From NCBI GenBank assembly GCA_010015805.1, contig ML978122.1, forward strand, positions 1 through 64,000: 64,000 nucleotides of DNA. Reading direction: 5' to 3'. Shown piece by piece: positions 48,435-59,949 of this stretch (position 1 is its first letter; each line of letters begins with the position of its first letter). Under the pieces are notes generated by a model. That model worked only from the letters and a program-made list of their open reading frames with translations, had not been told where the DNA came from and did no database searches. The stretch comes from Rhizodiscina lignyota. Lineage: Eukaryota. The position numbers and the translations under genes are program-made.

Positions 48435-50219
48435 ATGTCTTGGAAATCTTTAACCGCAACCAATCTTCTGTTGCTCACGACTGTGACAGAAGCCGCACGA
48501 CTGCCTCTGAACCCTGCCTTACCTCTTCGACGTCGCCAGGTTATTCCTACTCCATGGTACAATGTTACCTGCGGTGCTGTCGGTGGTCAGTCAAGCGAGA
48601 AGACTTTATTGAGAGCCAAAATACTGACTAGGCCTTGAAGACCCAGGATCAAACCCGTACAGTGCATGGCAAACCGCCTTCGCGGATTCAGCATATGAAG
48701 CGGTCTCCAACTCTTGGAACAACGATGCACCACCAGCAGGCGACACCACGCCGCTGGACTATGTTGAAACATTTATGCACTTCTTCAACGGACCGCGCAA
48801 CTGGAACTGCTCCAACATTGCACAGGGTGACCCTTGCGCTGGAGGTCTCGACCACTGTGGTGACAATGAAGGCACTTCAGGCGCTGCCAATGTCCCTGCG
48901 GCATACTTGATCGGAGACAGTTTTACGAACCTGCACAACGTATGCACGCGGCCAAAGGATGTCAGTGTTCAAGGCTGACTTTATCAGGTTCACTCGAGCA
49001 GATATCAAGCAATTTCGAACGCCCAACAATTCATCGATATAAGCAGCTTGCAGTCGACCTTTGCCCCGGTCGATATCGATGCGCTTGAAATTTTGAAGAC
49101 CATCTTGGACTCTGTCCAGTTAGTTATTGGCCTAGGCTCTGCCTACACTTGGAATCTGGTGCTCAAGTCTGCTCCGATCTTCAACGTCGGTTCTCTCGGA
49201 AAGGATGTTCTCCAGCAAATCCACGGCGGTGCCAAGGACGCATTCAACAATGCCATTTCCACCATTTTCACGACGACAAAGGACAACCTGCAATCGTAAG
49301 TCTTATTGCTCAAACTAGTTAGAAAGTCCTTCTGATGAATCTTAGCGATGACACCGCGCTCAACGAGCAGAATGATTTGTCCAGCGCTCTCACGCAGCTT
49401 GTTGGCATCTGGCAGGCCAGCGAAGCAACATTCCTTTCCTACATCTTCAGCGGCGCCGGAAACGCTCTTTCTGACCTTCACAATCTCATTCAGAATGGCT
49501 TCTTTATCCCCACTCCGCAAGATGGTCTTGCCGACTTCCAAAACCAAGCCATCAAGATCCTCTACGGCATTCTTATTCCCAAGGCTTGGGGTCTCATTTC
49601 AGGCGCTAAGCCATTCATCCTGTGAGTATCGCGCCTCTTATTTCAAGCGCGCAGAGACTCATTTGATTGAAGCATGGTCGACGGCGATTGTGGCTCCAGT
49701 TCGACTGCTCCGGATTCTGCAAAGGCCTATATGAGCGACGACACTGCTGCTCAGACGCACATCTGTTTCGACAACAAGATCTTCTACGTGAGTCCAACAC
49801 TCCCTCATATGTATATATTTGTGCGCTAATACAATTATTAGCTAGTCAACGGTGTCAAGAATCCTCCAGCCGGCGGCTCTTGCGATCCCACCTCTCGCGA
49901 CTGCTTCGGTCCCACGGGCTCCGAGACCGTCTCCTTCAACTCTCTGCCAGGTGGCACTTTCAACAACCTGAATGGCAACAACTGGTATGGTATCAAGCTG
50001 GACGACTTCATCATCAGCTCGTACCAGGGATACCAACTCAACGGAAACCAGAACGGATACCAAATGCCCGATCTAACTACGTACATTGACGGACAGGGCA
50101 CTCAGGGCGACATCATCTTCCAGAACCAGTTGCAGACTCCTGGTCTCTTTACAATTACAATCTGCACGGATGCCGACTCGGCGGCGAATAACGTCAAGGG
50201 CGGCAAAGCTCCTTGTTAG
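48435..50219 (+). CDS. Secreted cysteine-containing protein resembling the C-terminal accessory region of large fungal GH18 (subgroup C) chitinase-type proteins
   Basis: Signal peptide and an RR site, then about 6 exons (introns starting ~48586, 48940, 49296, 49622, 49788). Motifs WNC....GDPC, PAAYLI.DSF.NLH, FAPV, LIPKAW, LPGG....L.G..W.GI.LDD.I.SS..GY..NG..NGY and TPG.F.I.IC. Stop TAG at 50217-50219. Confidence 0.72.
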
Positions 50220-50612
50220 ATCGGTGAATAGATGTCTACTAAGTTGGGTGTATGGGTGTTTTCTGGATGAGTTAAGAGGCTTCTCATTCGACACTTCCTT
50301 TTATTTCTCTCGAATAGGAGTCTTTCTCTTTGCCACTGTCACTTGCTTCGTCTCAGAAAGTCCGCCAGATCATACGATCACAAGTCATATCTTTCCTTCC
50401 AGTCATCATGCATTCTGCGGCGTTTGAGATAGAAGACATCCATTCTCTTGTAAATTATTTAGATTAAGCTACAAATTCCAACAGGAATAGCTCTTTTGTC
50501 GGCACAATGTTCAGATTCGAAGCTGGCGATCGATATCAGATTGATGAGCAGTAACTCATAGCTAGATATGTGCTTTTTAAACAATTTTGACTAGGACGAA
50601 TGAAAATTTGCC

Positions 50613-51230
50613 GTGAAACTCACGCGGACGTTGATTGGCTTAATACGATCAACACATTTCAGTCACCGGACCACGAAATTACTGACGATGCAGGTGACAC
50701 GCTTAATTATGAGACGTATCATATCCATAATAGTAACCACCAGCCTGGCAACTTTCGCCTCTCCAACGATAATCAACGCATCCCCAAGATGTGGCTATTA
50801 CTTTGCTGTTCCAATACAAGCACCAGAATGTCCCGATCTCCGACGTCGAGCAGTGAACCCTCCTGTCGAATTCCCACTCGCATTCGTTCTAGACGATCAT
50901 GCATACAGAACGAACGAGTTCAGACTGTCGCTGTCGCTCGCCGTGCTATTCTTATACTGCATCATCACATTCGCACACCTCGTCTATAGCATCACTACGG
51001 GCATCTCCTCCAGTTCTTGCGACTCAATCTCTGAAGTTGTTGCCTTGGCTGTCAACTCGAACCAGTGCCCAAAGAACTACGAAACAAGGGTGGTGGGATT
51101 GAGACGCTGGATGTCTATCAAAGCCCTGTCCGCATTGCGGCGATGGCGACAGGTGACTCGGGAGGACGGTTGGAGTTTGGTGTTTGGATCTGAACATGAT
51201 GGTACCGTTTCGAAAGTTGATGTTAATTAG
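50613..51230 (+). pseudogene. C-terminal fragment of a fungal membrane-protein gene, frameshifted
   Basis: LFLYCIITFAHLVYSITTGISSSSCDSISEVVALAVNS continues in another frame as PVPKELRNKGGGIETLDVYQSPVRI...RLEF. This resembles a common fungal DSISE..ALA.NS.P...L.N...GI C-terminal motif. No N-terminal part is visible. Confidence 0.5.
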
Positions 51231-52164
51231 ATCTATGAATGAGACTAAAGGCCGTGGTGGAGATGTAACTGGAACTTGATAACAACCTCGAGAGTTCTTG
51301 AGGTCGTTTAAAAACCTCACTACTTATAGAACCACCATAGAGTAGGTATAGTCCATTAACAATAAAAGGCGAGGACATTCGGATACAATGGCTTCTCACG
51401 TTTTTACGAAAACGTGCGAGAGGCCTTCGAGACCCCTTCGTAAAGCCAACGCCTGTAGAGTGATGTTATTGGCTAATATGCTTCTGCATTCTACACCCGG
51501 ATCGTATCAGTTCCACATATTTAGCCCAGCTTATCACTTGTATGTTTCAAAAGGAGGCTGCTCTTTCTGTCTGGCTATTGAATCCCTAAAATCAAGGTTA
51601 CGCGCATCTACATTTTAAGGTATTCTACCACAAGTGTTGTTCTTTCTTTCCAGGCTTGGATGCATGCTCCGTGTCTTCAAACTTGTACGAGCACCCGTTC
51701 ACAGGGCAAGCTCCAAATCGTGGTAGTCCATGCGGATGGGCTCGAAGATGGGCAGGTGAGTGCATGAATCATGTTTTTTCCTCGTCAGAAAGCTCTAAAC
51801 AATGGAGAAGAAGAGAGGGCATTCGTATTGTGGCTGGTGTGGTGAAGATGCAGTATCATCATAAATTCTAGCATCGTCAGGGCTCCAGGGAAGGTTGCGG
51901 CTCAATTTGCTCTCACCCAGACGTCTTAGAATACATCATTCGTTGCAGCATAGCTACGGCTTCCTACTCCAACGGAGCAAACCTCGCAATTCCAACATCA
52001 AGACAAGCTACTAAAAAACTGTAAGTAAGAGGTTAGACTCTAAGGCGAACACTCTTAGAGATACGTTCTCATCTTCCACTACCACAAGAGTCTACGTATA
52101 ATAGTCTGCTCGTTTAATTTGCTCTTGGCCAACTCACAAACTAGAGTTCCAAAAGCCGCCTTGC

Positions 52165-54073
52165 TTAAAATACTAGGCCTTTCGTCTGGTTGACCTTGGA
52201 AAGTCTAACATCCTTGATCATCATGACCCATACGAAACAAAGCCCCATGACAGCTGTCGCCGCAATGCACATGTTCCTTTGCGCAAGTCCGTACGACTTT
52301 ATGATCGCTTCGCGGGTCGGACTACCCATTGGATAACTGAGCTGCGTGTCAAGGTCGTTGTAGATGTCTTCCCAGTCAGGTAATGCGCTTGCAGGAAGGT
52401 ACTTCTGCAGAGCTCCTGGAAGCGTATTTGTCCATACTGCACCGGAGATGGTATTGCCGACAGCGCCGCCGATATATCCAAACAGGCCAAGTAAAGCAAG
52501 TGTCGCCGCGACCTCCCCATGTTTGGCAACAGACTGGATGGAGATCTGTTGCGTGAGAATTATGGTGCCGCCGGACACCGCGATGAACACCTGGCACATG
52601 ACGATGTATCCGACATTCTGATGCGGCTGTCTGAAGTAGATCATCAGGCCCTGGCCAAGAATTTCGAGCGGAACGGCAATGAGCAGAATCCACTTGAACC
52701 TGTCGGTGTAGCGGATCAGCCAGCCGGAGAAAAAGACGAACACCCCAGAAACGACGTCAAAGGAGCTGCTGACATATCCTGCGTCCTCAATACTGAGGCC
52801 GTTGACTACTTGCAGGAAGGACGTGAAGTAGCTGGCCCAGCAGTAGTACGAGACCTGGTATGAGGCGCATAGGAGACATGAGCCAACAACCGTGGGAGAC
52901 AACAGGAGGCCAAAGGGCAAGAATGGCTTCGGGGAGACGAAGCGCTCACATAGAGCGAACGCAGCGATGAGGACAACGCCGAGAACGAGCATGACGATGA
53001 TATGCGCACTGCGCCATTGGTCCGCAGCCGACTCGGCCAACGAGAAAGGCAGCAAGAATAGGGAGAAGCCTGCAGCAAAGAGGAAGACTCCGAGCGCTAT
53101 CCTCGATTAGCACAGTTCAACTCATAATTTCTGGATCTTACCGTCAAACTCAATAATGTAGAACCAAATGCTTTGTGACAGCGTTCGGCCACTGTAGCGA
53201 GGAGTGATCAGACCTCGCTTCTTTGCCTTCCGTTGGTTCCAGGTAAGGGTGCTGAAGAGAGGTATAGCTACGATGGGAGTGAGGATACAGAAAGTCCCGA
53301 AAGCCCATCGCCAGCTGATGTTCTCGTAGAACCCTTCCGACGCCGTGGGCCCAGCGAATGCTGTGATGATGTATGGCGACGAAGTAAACGCAAACGCGAG
53401 AGCTCGGTTCTTCAGATTGGTGCTGTCTGACGTTATAACATCGCAAGTATAGATGTATCCATCGAAACCTATGGAGTAGAAGACTTGTGCTGCGGCGTAG
53501 GTCTGCACGTTTGTGCACACGGCCATGAGAACAAGGCTGAGCGTTGCAATGGTCGTCATCACAACGACGCCTTGAGGGCGGCCCCAGAGATCCAGCATTT
53601 TGGATACGGCGAGACGTAAAGCGCCGGCCATAACGTTGGAGGCGATGCCGATGACCGGGACGAGCGAATGCGACGCAAAATCGCTGAGCACGAACGGCGT
53701 GAGGTTGCTGGTGATCGATGCTTGGAATGCATTCATGAAGTACATCAACCAGATCCTGCAATACAAGGGTCAGATCACAGTCTCGGGAGCATTCAGAAAC
53801 TAGTAGAGGTTCAACATACGATGCAAACACGATAATGAGAGACTTCTTCGTCCAAACGAGCGTGATCGCCTCGACATTTCGCACTCCTTCTTGTGCGTTC
53901 TCATCAGGCCGTTCTTCAGGTGCTTCACTGGAACCGGCGGAGACATCTCTTTCGGTATCTGTTGCGGGCTGCTTGGTATCACCGCTCTGCTCGTTTTGAA
54001 TCTCAATTATATCTTCTGAAGCAGCCTCTTCATTCTTCGGGTAGAAGGCAGAAAAAAGCTTTGAGAGTGGCAT
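52165..54073 (-). CDS. mirB: Siderophore-iron transporter (SIT/ARN family MFS), MirB-like
   Basis: Exons 54073-53820, 53755-53142, 53096-52165. Motifs AQEGVRNVEAITLVW, F.SHSL, D.WGR, D.T.LKNRAL.FAF.SSPYI, WRWAFG, GGAVG.TISGAVWTNT and Y.MGSP.REAI..SY..AQR.M. Confidence 0.92.
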
Positions 54074-54466
54074 CGTCTAAAGTCTGGATGTGCTCAGAGT
54101 TGGGCAAAGGAACGAGAATCCCAAAAAATATCAATTCTAGCAGTGCAAACGGACTTGGCTATTAGCTGGAGATGAGAACCTGGGCATGCTTGCTTTTCTT
54201 GGCTTCGACCGCAGAGCAGGTCGCGCTCCTGCTCGTCGTAGTGGAGCCATCGGCCTTGCCACCAGCAGCACCAACCGACTTCGGAGTGGGAATGCAACCT
54301 TGGTTGATCGCCTGCTCTAGATGCGGGTCAGTCTGCAAATGCCTCAAGGACTGGGTGCCAGCGGTGCTGGGCATTCGTGGCTGCCGTTGCGATGGGTTAG
54401 ATTACCTAGGGAGGGAGGGCAAATTACCGCCGGCGGAAGATCTAATCTCATTATGATCTAATCTTA

Positions 54467-54475
54467 TTATCAGAT
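54467..54475 (-). promoter_or_regulatory. SreA/Sre1 iron-repressor GATA box (ATCWGATAA)
   Basis: TTATCAGAT on the plus strand equals ATCTGATAA on the minus strand, ~400 bp upstream of the siderophore transporter ATG. Confidence 0.8.
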
Positions 54476-54991
54476 TTTTTCATCAAGCGCGCTAGCCATG
54501 CCGGCCAGGGGTGCCATCAACCTCCCGTCCGTCTGCTTGCTTCCTTGCAGGCTGCAATGCGCGACCGCGGCTCAGCACGGAGCTTGCGATGGAAAATCCT
54601 GCCACCACAGCTTCATTGAGTCGTATAGCGGCGTTGGCGGCACAACAGCGAGACGGCATAGTGGATCTGCGGCCCACCGCGACCGGCCCAGCCAAGATTG
54701 CGTCCCAGTGGATCGCCGAGTTACGGAGAAGACGAAGAGAGTCTGAGATCAAGCGAGAAGCTGAAGATCGATGGCGGTAGAAGAGATCCTCTCTGGGTAT
54801 TCCCCCCATCCGCCGAAGACATGCATTTGCGACTCTCTTCGGTCGCGCCCTGCAAAAGATTCATTTCATTGGTTTGAAAGCGTGACCAAGGAAGCTATTG
54901 AGCTTCACCATTTTGAATGTGTAGGTGTCTGAGGTAATACGAGGGTAAAATAACATGTGCAAAACACAGCCATCTACAACTCCAGCGCTAT

Positions 54992-56311
54992 CTAAAATTT
55001 AGAAGGAAGTGGCACTCCTGTTCCAGCAATAAACCCACCATGGTGACCAAAGGGAGACAGTTGGAAGAACCTCTCTCGCGAAACCTTCATGAGTGCTGCC
55101 CTTTTGTGCGGCAAGTCCATATATTTCTCTACATTCAAGCCGTGAATGTAGTCATACCCCAGGACAGTGTTGTTCGTTGCTATCGGCTCCCCGATCACGG
55201 CGCCAGTTCGGTGGTCATCGAGGAAGCAAAAGTGGATGATGCAAGGCCACCAAGCCGTCACTCTGTGCTTCCCTCGGAAGCTTGCATTGCCAACCAGCGA
55301 GAGTCTTCCGCGATCCCAATCTCCAGCATCGTAGTATGCGCCGACAAGGTCCTCTTTGCAATAGTATATCTCGAAGTACGAGAAGCATGTGTCGTTGAAG
55401 CGACCTAGCACTGACAGCGTATGAGGATCTTCGTGCTGCTCCCGGAGGTGTTCTCTATGTTCCTCCAGAGTGCCAGCCTGGTTCCAGCCTCTAGAGACTC
55501 GCGGGTCATTTTGCCACTTGTGGAACAGTCGCAGATGCTCTTCGTTTTGATAATCGACAGCAATCAACGAGAAGTGCTCGTCCAGAGACGGTATGTACCT
55601 GCTGTACACGACAGCACCGGGTGCGGGTTTTGGCGGCCGTCGGGGATGCAATCTGTGAGCTATGGCCAAGGGGAACTTGCTTCTCACGATCCTATCACTC
55701 GGCGGCGAAATGCTGGTCGTCGGCGAGGAAGGCGTCCATGGTGAGCGGCGACCGAATGGAGATGCAGCACCTTGCCAAAATGCGGACCGTGAAATGACGA
55801 CAATGGGTTCTACTGAAGGGGGAGACTCTTGTTTCTGACAGAAAGGATGCTCCAACGCAAGTAACGATGCTTTCAGGCCCTCCTCAAGCTCTTCGCTGCG
55901 GCTACCACTCAATTGACATCGAAATACTTCAAGGTCCGGCCGCATTGTGAAGATGGCGTACACGACAAGCCATGCCTGACCTAGAGACGGTGGCAAATCC
56001 GATGTCCATTCAAAGGTTGAGAGTGAGGCTCTTTGATTCCTCGCCCAAAGAGTGTTGTCTGAAATCGGAGGGGCATGGTCGGGAGATTCGTCTTTTGGAG
56101 CAGTAAATGAGATGCTGCCGTCGTGTAGGGTCAAACTTGAGGCATTCTCCAAATTCTGTTTGCTTTGCGCTGGAAGGACCTGAAGTAGTTTCCGGTCTCG
56201 TGGAAGTGTTTCTTCTGGTACTATAAAGTATTCAGTAAGGTAAGGATGAGGGAGAGCGAGTTTTGCGATAACATTAGGTCGTGGATCTTCTGAGGGAGAT
56301 GGAGAGGACAT
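54992..56311 (-). CDS. sidF: Hydroxyornithine N5-acyltransferase, SidF-like (AlcB/IucB GNAT family)
   Basis: PRRPPKPAPG.V.YSR.IP.L.E.FS, HLRLFH.WQNDPRV..GWN, YFEIY..KED, DRGR.SLVG, RG.HRV.AWW, GEP and DLPHKRA. It ends in the PTS1-like tripeptide SKF. The likely ATG is at 56311. Confidence 0.9.
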   Translation of the reverse strand: MSSPSPSEDPRPNVIAKLALPHPYLTEYFIVPEETLPRDRKLLQVLPAQSKQNLENASSLTLHDGSISFTAPKDESPDHAPPISDNTLWARNQRASLSTFEWTSDLPPSLGQAWLVVYAIFTMRPDLEVFRCQLSGSRSEELEEGLKASLLALEHPFCQKQESPPSVEPIVVISRSAFWQGAASPFGRRSPWTPSSPTTSISPPSDRIVRSKFPLAIAHRLHPRRPPKPAPGAVVYSRYIPSLDEHFSLIAVDYQNEEHLRLFHKWQNDPRVSRGWNQAGTLEEHREHLREQHEDPHTLSVLGRFNDTCFSYFEIYYCKEDLVGAYYDAGDWDRGRLSLVGNASFRGKHRVTAWWPCIIHFCFLDDHRTGAVIGEPIATNNTVLGYDYIHGLNVEKYMDLPHKRAALMKVSRERFFQLSPFGHHGGFIAGTGVPLPSKF

Positions 56312-57930
56312 TTTCAATGTAGCTCCCCCCGATTCGACCAGTAGAGGTCAAGTAGTGAGCAAAGGCGAGCCGAGAAGCTTCCCTGGTGAAAACAAGGTTT
56401 GTTACCACGAGGAGGCATTGTCCTACCGCTCCAAGCGTATGCATGGCCGAGAGCCAGCAGCATGGTAGCGACCGAAAACTCACGGCGCAGCTGGGTTACA
56501 TGTAGGCTACCAAAGGATCAACCAAACTAAGCCGGTAAGAAGAGCGACTTCTTGGAGCGCTGAAAGTACCCACTGTTCGTTCTACTTCTATACGGGTCTA
56601 ATATTTCCCCCTCTGAGTCACCTTCCACATCCGATCGGACCGACCCATGTTCTGGTCTCATCAAATGGGTACTTGTCCGAGCTACTGCATACTCGATAAA
56701 CTTACACGGGTAAACACAGTTCCCGGTGGCCATTAGCCATGACTGGGTGATCCTGGCAACCCTTCAAGGGTCTTATAACGGTTTTTAAGACACAGACTTG
56801 TATTGATGTTGCCTTTAAATACAGTTCATTGAGCATCAACACGATGATGTGATATGGCCAGCTTCGCACAACCAGCATGCCACGGCTGCCATGGCGCTGA
56901 AGCAAAGGACACTCCACATTCTCTTCAGCTGTTCCCAATCTTTCGCCGTTGCTTCTGCGCTTCATCTGATTCTCGGTCTGCGTATGACTGCTACCTGCGA
57001 AATTGTCATCTCAGCCGGTCTATTTACACTTACCCTTCTTACCTTTGCCACGCTCTAAGGTTTTATATCTCTCATTCTCACCAGTCCGGTTCTGGATGAC
57101 CCCAGATTGGAGGACTGGTTAAACACTGCACTGGTGGCCGGGAAGAGCGTTCTCGATGGAGATGGTTGCTGGCTTGACGGACCAATATCAGTCTTTCCCT
57201 GGTGGCCTATTGAACAGCTATGACGAATTTGAGAGGTGCTACTCAAAAAACAGGCCCGGAAGATTCAAATAATTCATGCCCCCCCAGAAGTCAACAATCG
57301 AGAGCTCACAAACGAGCCAAACGAGCTGAGACACCGAGACACCAAGGTCCTTGCCCAACAACCCTCACATGTAGCATTGGTGGGAGTCGATACCACTGTA
57401 TCCAAATACTTCGGAAAGTCATCTTGGATTGTTATTGAGGGGAACTAGAGGAAGTAGAACATCGCGTTCTCATTGAACCTTCCGGGGTGTCAATGGTGAC
57501 GCTGAATCTGTTGCAGAGCGATCGCGGAGCTCAATGCTCTGAGCATTGAAGTTCTCTAAGGATCAATGGATCACAAGGGCCGGTATTGTTCCCGATACTT
57601 GGACTTTAATTTGGGTGTATTATAAATGAGACCGAGATCGAGAACCAGCACGGAGAGCTCGTGGATTAGCGGAGAGCAGGCTCGCTCAATCGGAATGGAT
57701 TGGATGTTCTTGGGTATCCACTTTGCGAGAACTGCATCTCCAAAAAGATTGATGGGCTGTTGAGGTCGGCAAGTTTCTCTTGAATAAGCAACTCTTGTGG
57801 AATGCATAAGATCGATGCACGTCGTGCTATTGTCAAGCACCCCCACCGGGCAGCGCTCATTAGGACCGTTGCCGGCCGGGAATATTGGCAAGATGGGTCG
57901 CGTAACGAAAACCTCTACGAAACGGCTCTA

Positions 57931-58019
57931 ATCAGATAAAATTTTGCTGGTCCATGCATACTTAGCGCCGCTTGGCCCTTGCATAGTCCCATGCAATTAG
58001 CGGATCAGATAACTTTATC
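57931..58019 (+). promoter_or_regulatory. Pair of SreA boxes (ATCAGATAA at 57931-57939 and 58004-58012), the second followed by an inverted GATA
   Basis: Two perfect ATCWGATAA matches lie in the divergent sidF/sidA-like intergenic region, 350-435 bp upstream of the sidA-like ATG. GATAACTTTATC is an inverted GATAA pair. Confidence 0.82.
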
Positions 58020-58365
58020 CCGTCTTCGTCCTTATTCCGTTCCAAGCTTCCAAGCTTCTCGTCTACCTAGTGCACAATGCAGCATGGCCGTTGCCGTGCT
58101 GTTAGCGTCACGATCGAGGTGTGCATGATCGAAATGACCTAATTTTTTCCTCAGGCCGAACGCCGGGACTTTGATGGCGAGATGTTGGAAGATCGAACAA
58201 GCACCCAAGCGCCGGGGCAGCATATGCTTCAGCTCGCTCCATGTATGACGATGGTAGAGACCGGCACATGATATTTTTCAATTACGTCTGTCCTACCCTC
58301 GTGATATTTTGTGACTTTCAATTGCTGTATCCCTTGGGGACACTGCCAGGCCTGATTCGATTAGA

Positions 58366-59781
58366 ATGGTGGAAGTTTTATTCGACGTTGTCATTTTGGG
58401 CTTCGGTCCTGCTGCCTTATCCTTAGCAATTGCACTCCATGAGCTACCTCGTCCTCTCAACGTCCTGATACTGGAGCGGAAGCCATGTTTCTCCTGGCGC
58501 GGAGGAGCATCCCCTCTAAATGGATCACGCATGAGGACGAGCTTACTTCAAGACCTGGTGACGCAACGAAATCCCCTCTCCGATTTCACGTTCATTAACT
58601 ATCTGTGGGCAACCGGAAGCCTTGTCGACTACACCAATCTGTCCCTGGTAAATCCTCCGAAAAGTGTATTCTGTCATTACCTTCAATGGTGCGCCTCGAA
58701 AATCGAAGCTCTGGGCTGGATCCGGTATGGGCATGAAGTGTCTGGATTGGAACCTTTGAGCGTTGCGAATGGAGAGATCAATACGTGGCGCATCAATGCG
58801 AAGGATATCAAGGGCGGTACTCTCCGTTCGGTAGAAGCAAGAAGAGTCATAATTGCTGTTGGCTCACAAGCGAAGCTGTCGCCACCTCTGAGCAGTTTCA
58901 GATCTCATCGACGCTTGTTTCATTCAGCACGGTTCCACGAAGCACTGCCAGACATCCAAAGTAACGAAGCCAGATCACTTAACATTGCCGTCCTCGGTGG
59001 AGACGATGAAGCTGTTGAGATTTTTGAACATCTCTGCTCGGTTGCGTCAGATTCGAAAGTAGTACTCTACCTTGACGATACGGCCCTCCGTCAAACAGAT
59101 ACCAATCCATTGTAAGCGATTATCATCTAAATCACAAGTGATTGCGGAAATTTTATTGATCTGCACAGTCTCAGCAGCGCCGTGCAAACTCCCAACCGCC
59201 TTCCGTACGAGCTGCGCCGTTGTCTCGGAGCTCAAGGCGATTTCAGAGCAGTAGCGCCAACTGTTCATTCCTCGGTGCTCTCGAGACTGTATCTTCTTCA
59301 ATACAGCCAACTTGTGAAGCAGGGCAATCGCACGGAGCACAATTCCAGGATATGCACCTCCAAGGAGATTACCCACGCGCGAACCTCAGAAGGCACTTCT
59401 CGTATTCTTTTGGATGTAACGGATATCTCTACAGGCGTAGCAGAAAAGTCGGTGCCGTTCGATTACATCATCGCCGCCTCCGGTTACGAACGAACTGAGC
59501 ATCAACGTTTGATGGCTCGGTTGCAGAGTGTCTTGGACAGCCTCGACGGCAGTGTCACTGTGGACAGCAGCTATAGAGTAAACTTCAAGCGCGGAAAAGT
59601 AGCTGCTCAAAGTGGTGTATGGGTAGTTGATGGGTTTGAAATTGAATCTGGCGATGCATTCTCTTTCCTAGCATTGCGAACTGAAACGGTTCTGCAGTCA
59701 CTGTTCGAAAACGATAAAACAGGGACACAAGACGGAAAACATACAGAAGCCGGAACTCTCGTAGAACGAGCAACGCTGTGA
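58366..59781 (+). CDS. Divergent L-ornithine/lysine N-monooxygenase (SidA/PvdA/IucD family) homologue
   Basis: Exons 58366-59111 and 59169-59781 (GT..AG intron at 59112-59168). FAD motif DVVILGFGPAALSLAIAL, DL.T.R.P.S.FTF.NYL, HS, IAVLG....A.EIF, D.II.ASGY and S.LA.R. Several catalytic residues are altered. Confidence 0.85.
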
Positions 59782-59949
59782 AATACTGTCAAGCGTGTTA
59801 GAGTCCTGTTTCTCGGCTAGTTTCTATCGTCTCCCATTGTATCTAGTACATAAATCCCATACCAATGTGCCGACCTCTAGTCAACCCTTGTAACTTGAAA
59901 AATAACATATTACTTAAATCTCAAACCTTGTATCTATGTGTAATTTGTT

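Noticed and set aside
56400..57900. A hidden sidH or other gene between the sidF-like and sidA-like genes
   Set aside because: No enoyl-CoA hydratase or other motifs were seen, only short ORFs broken by stops.
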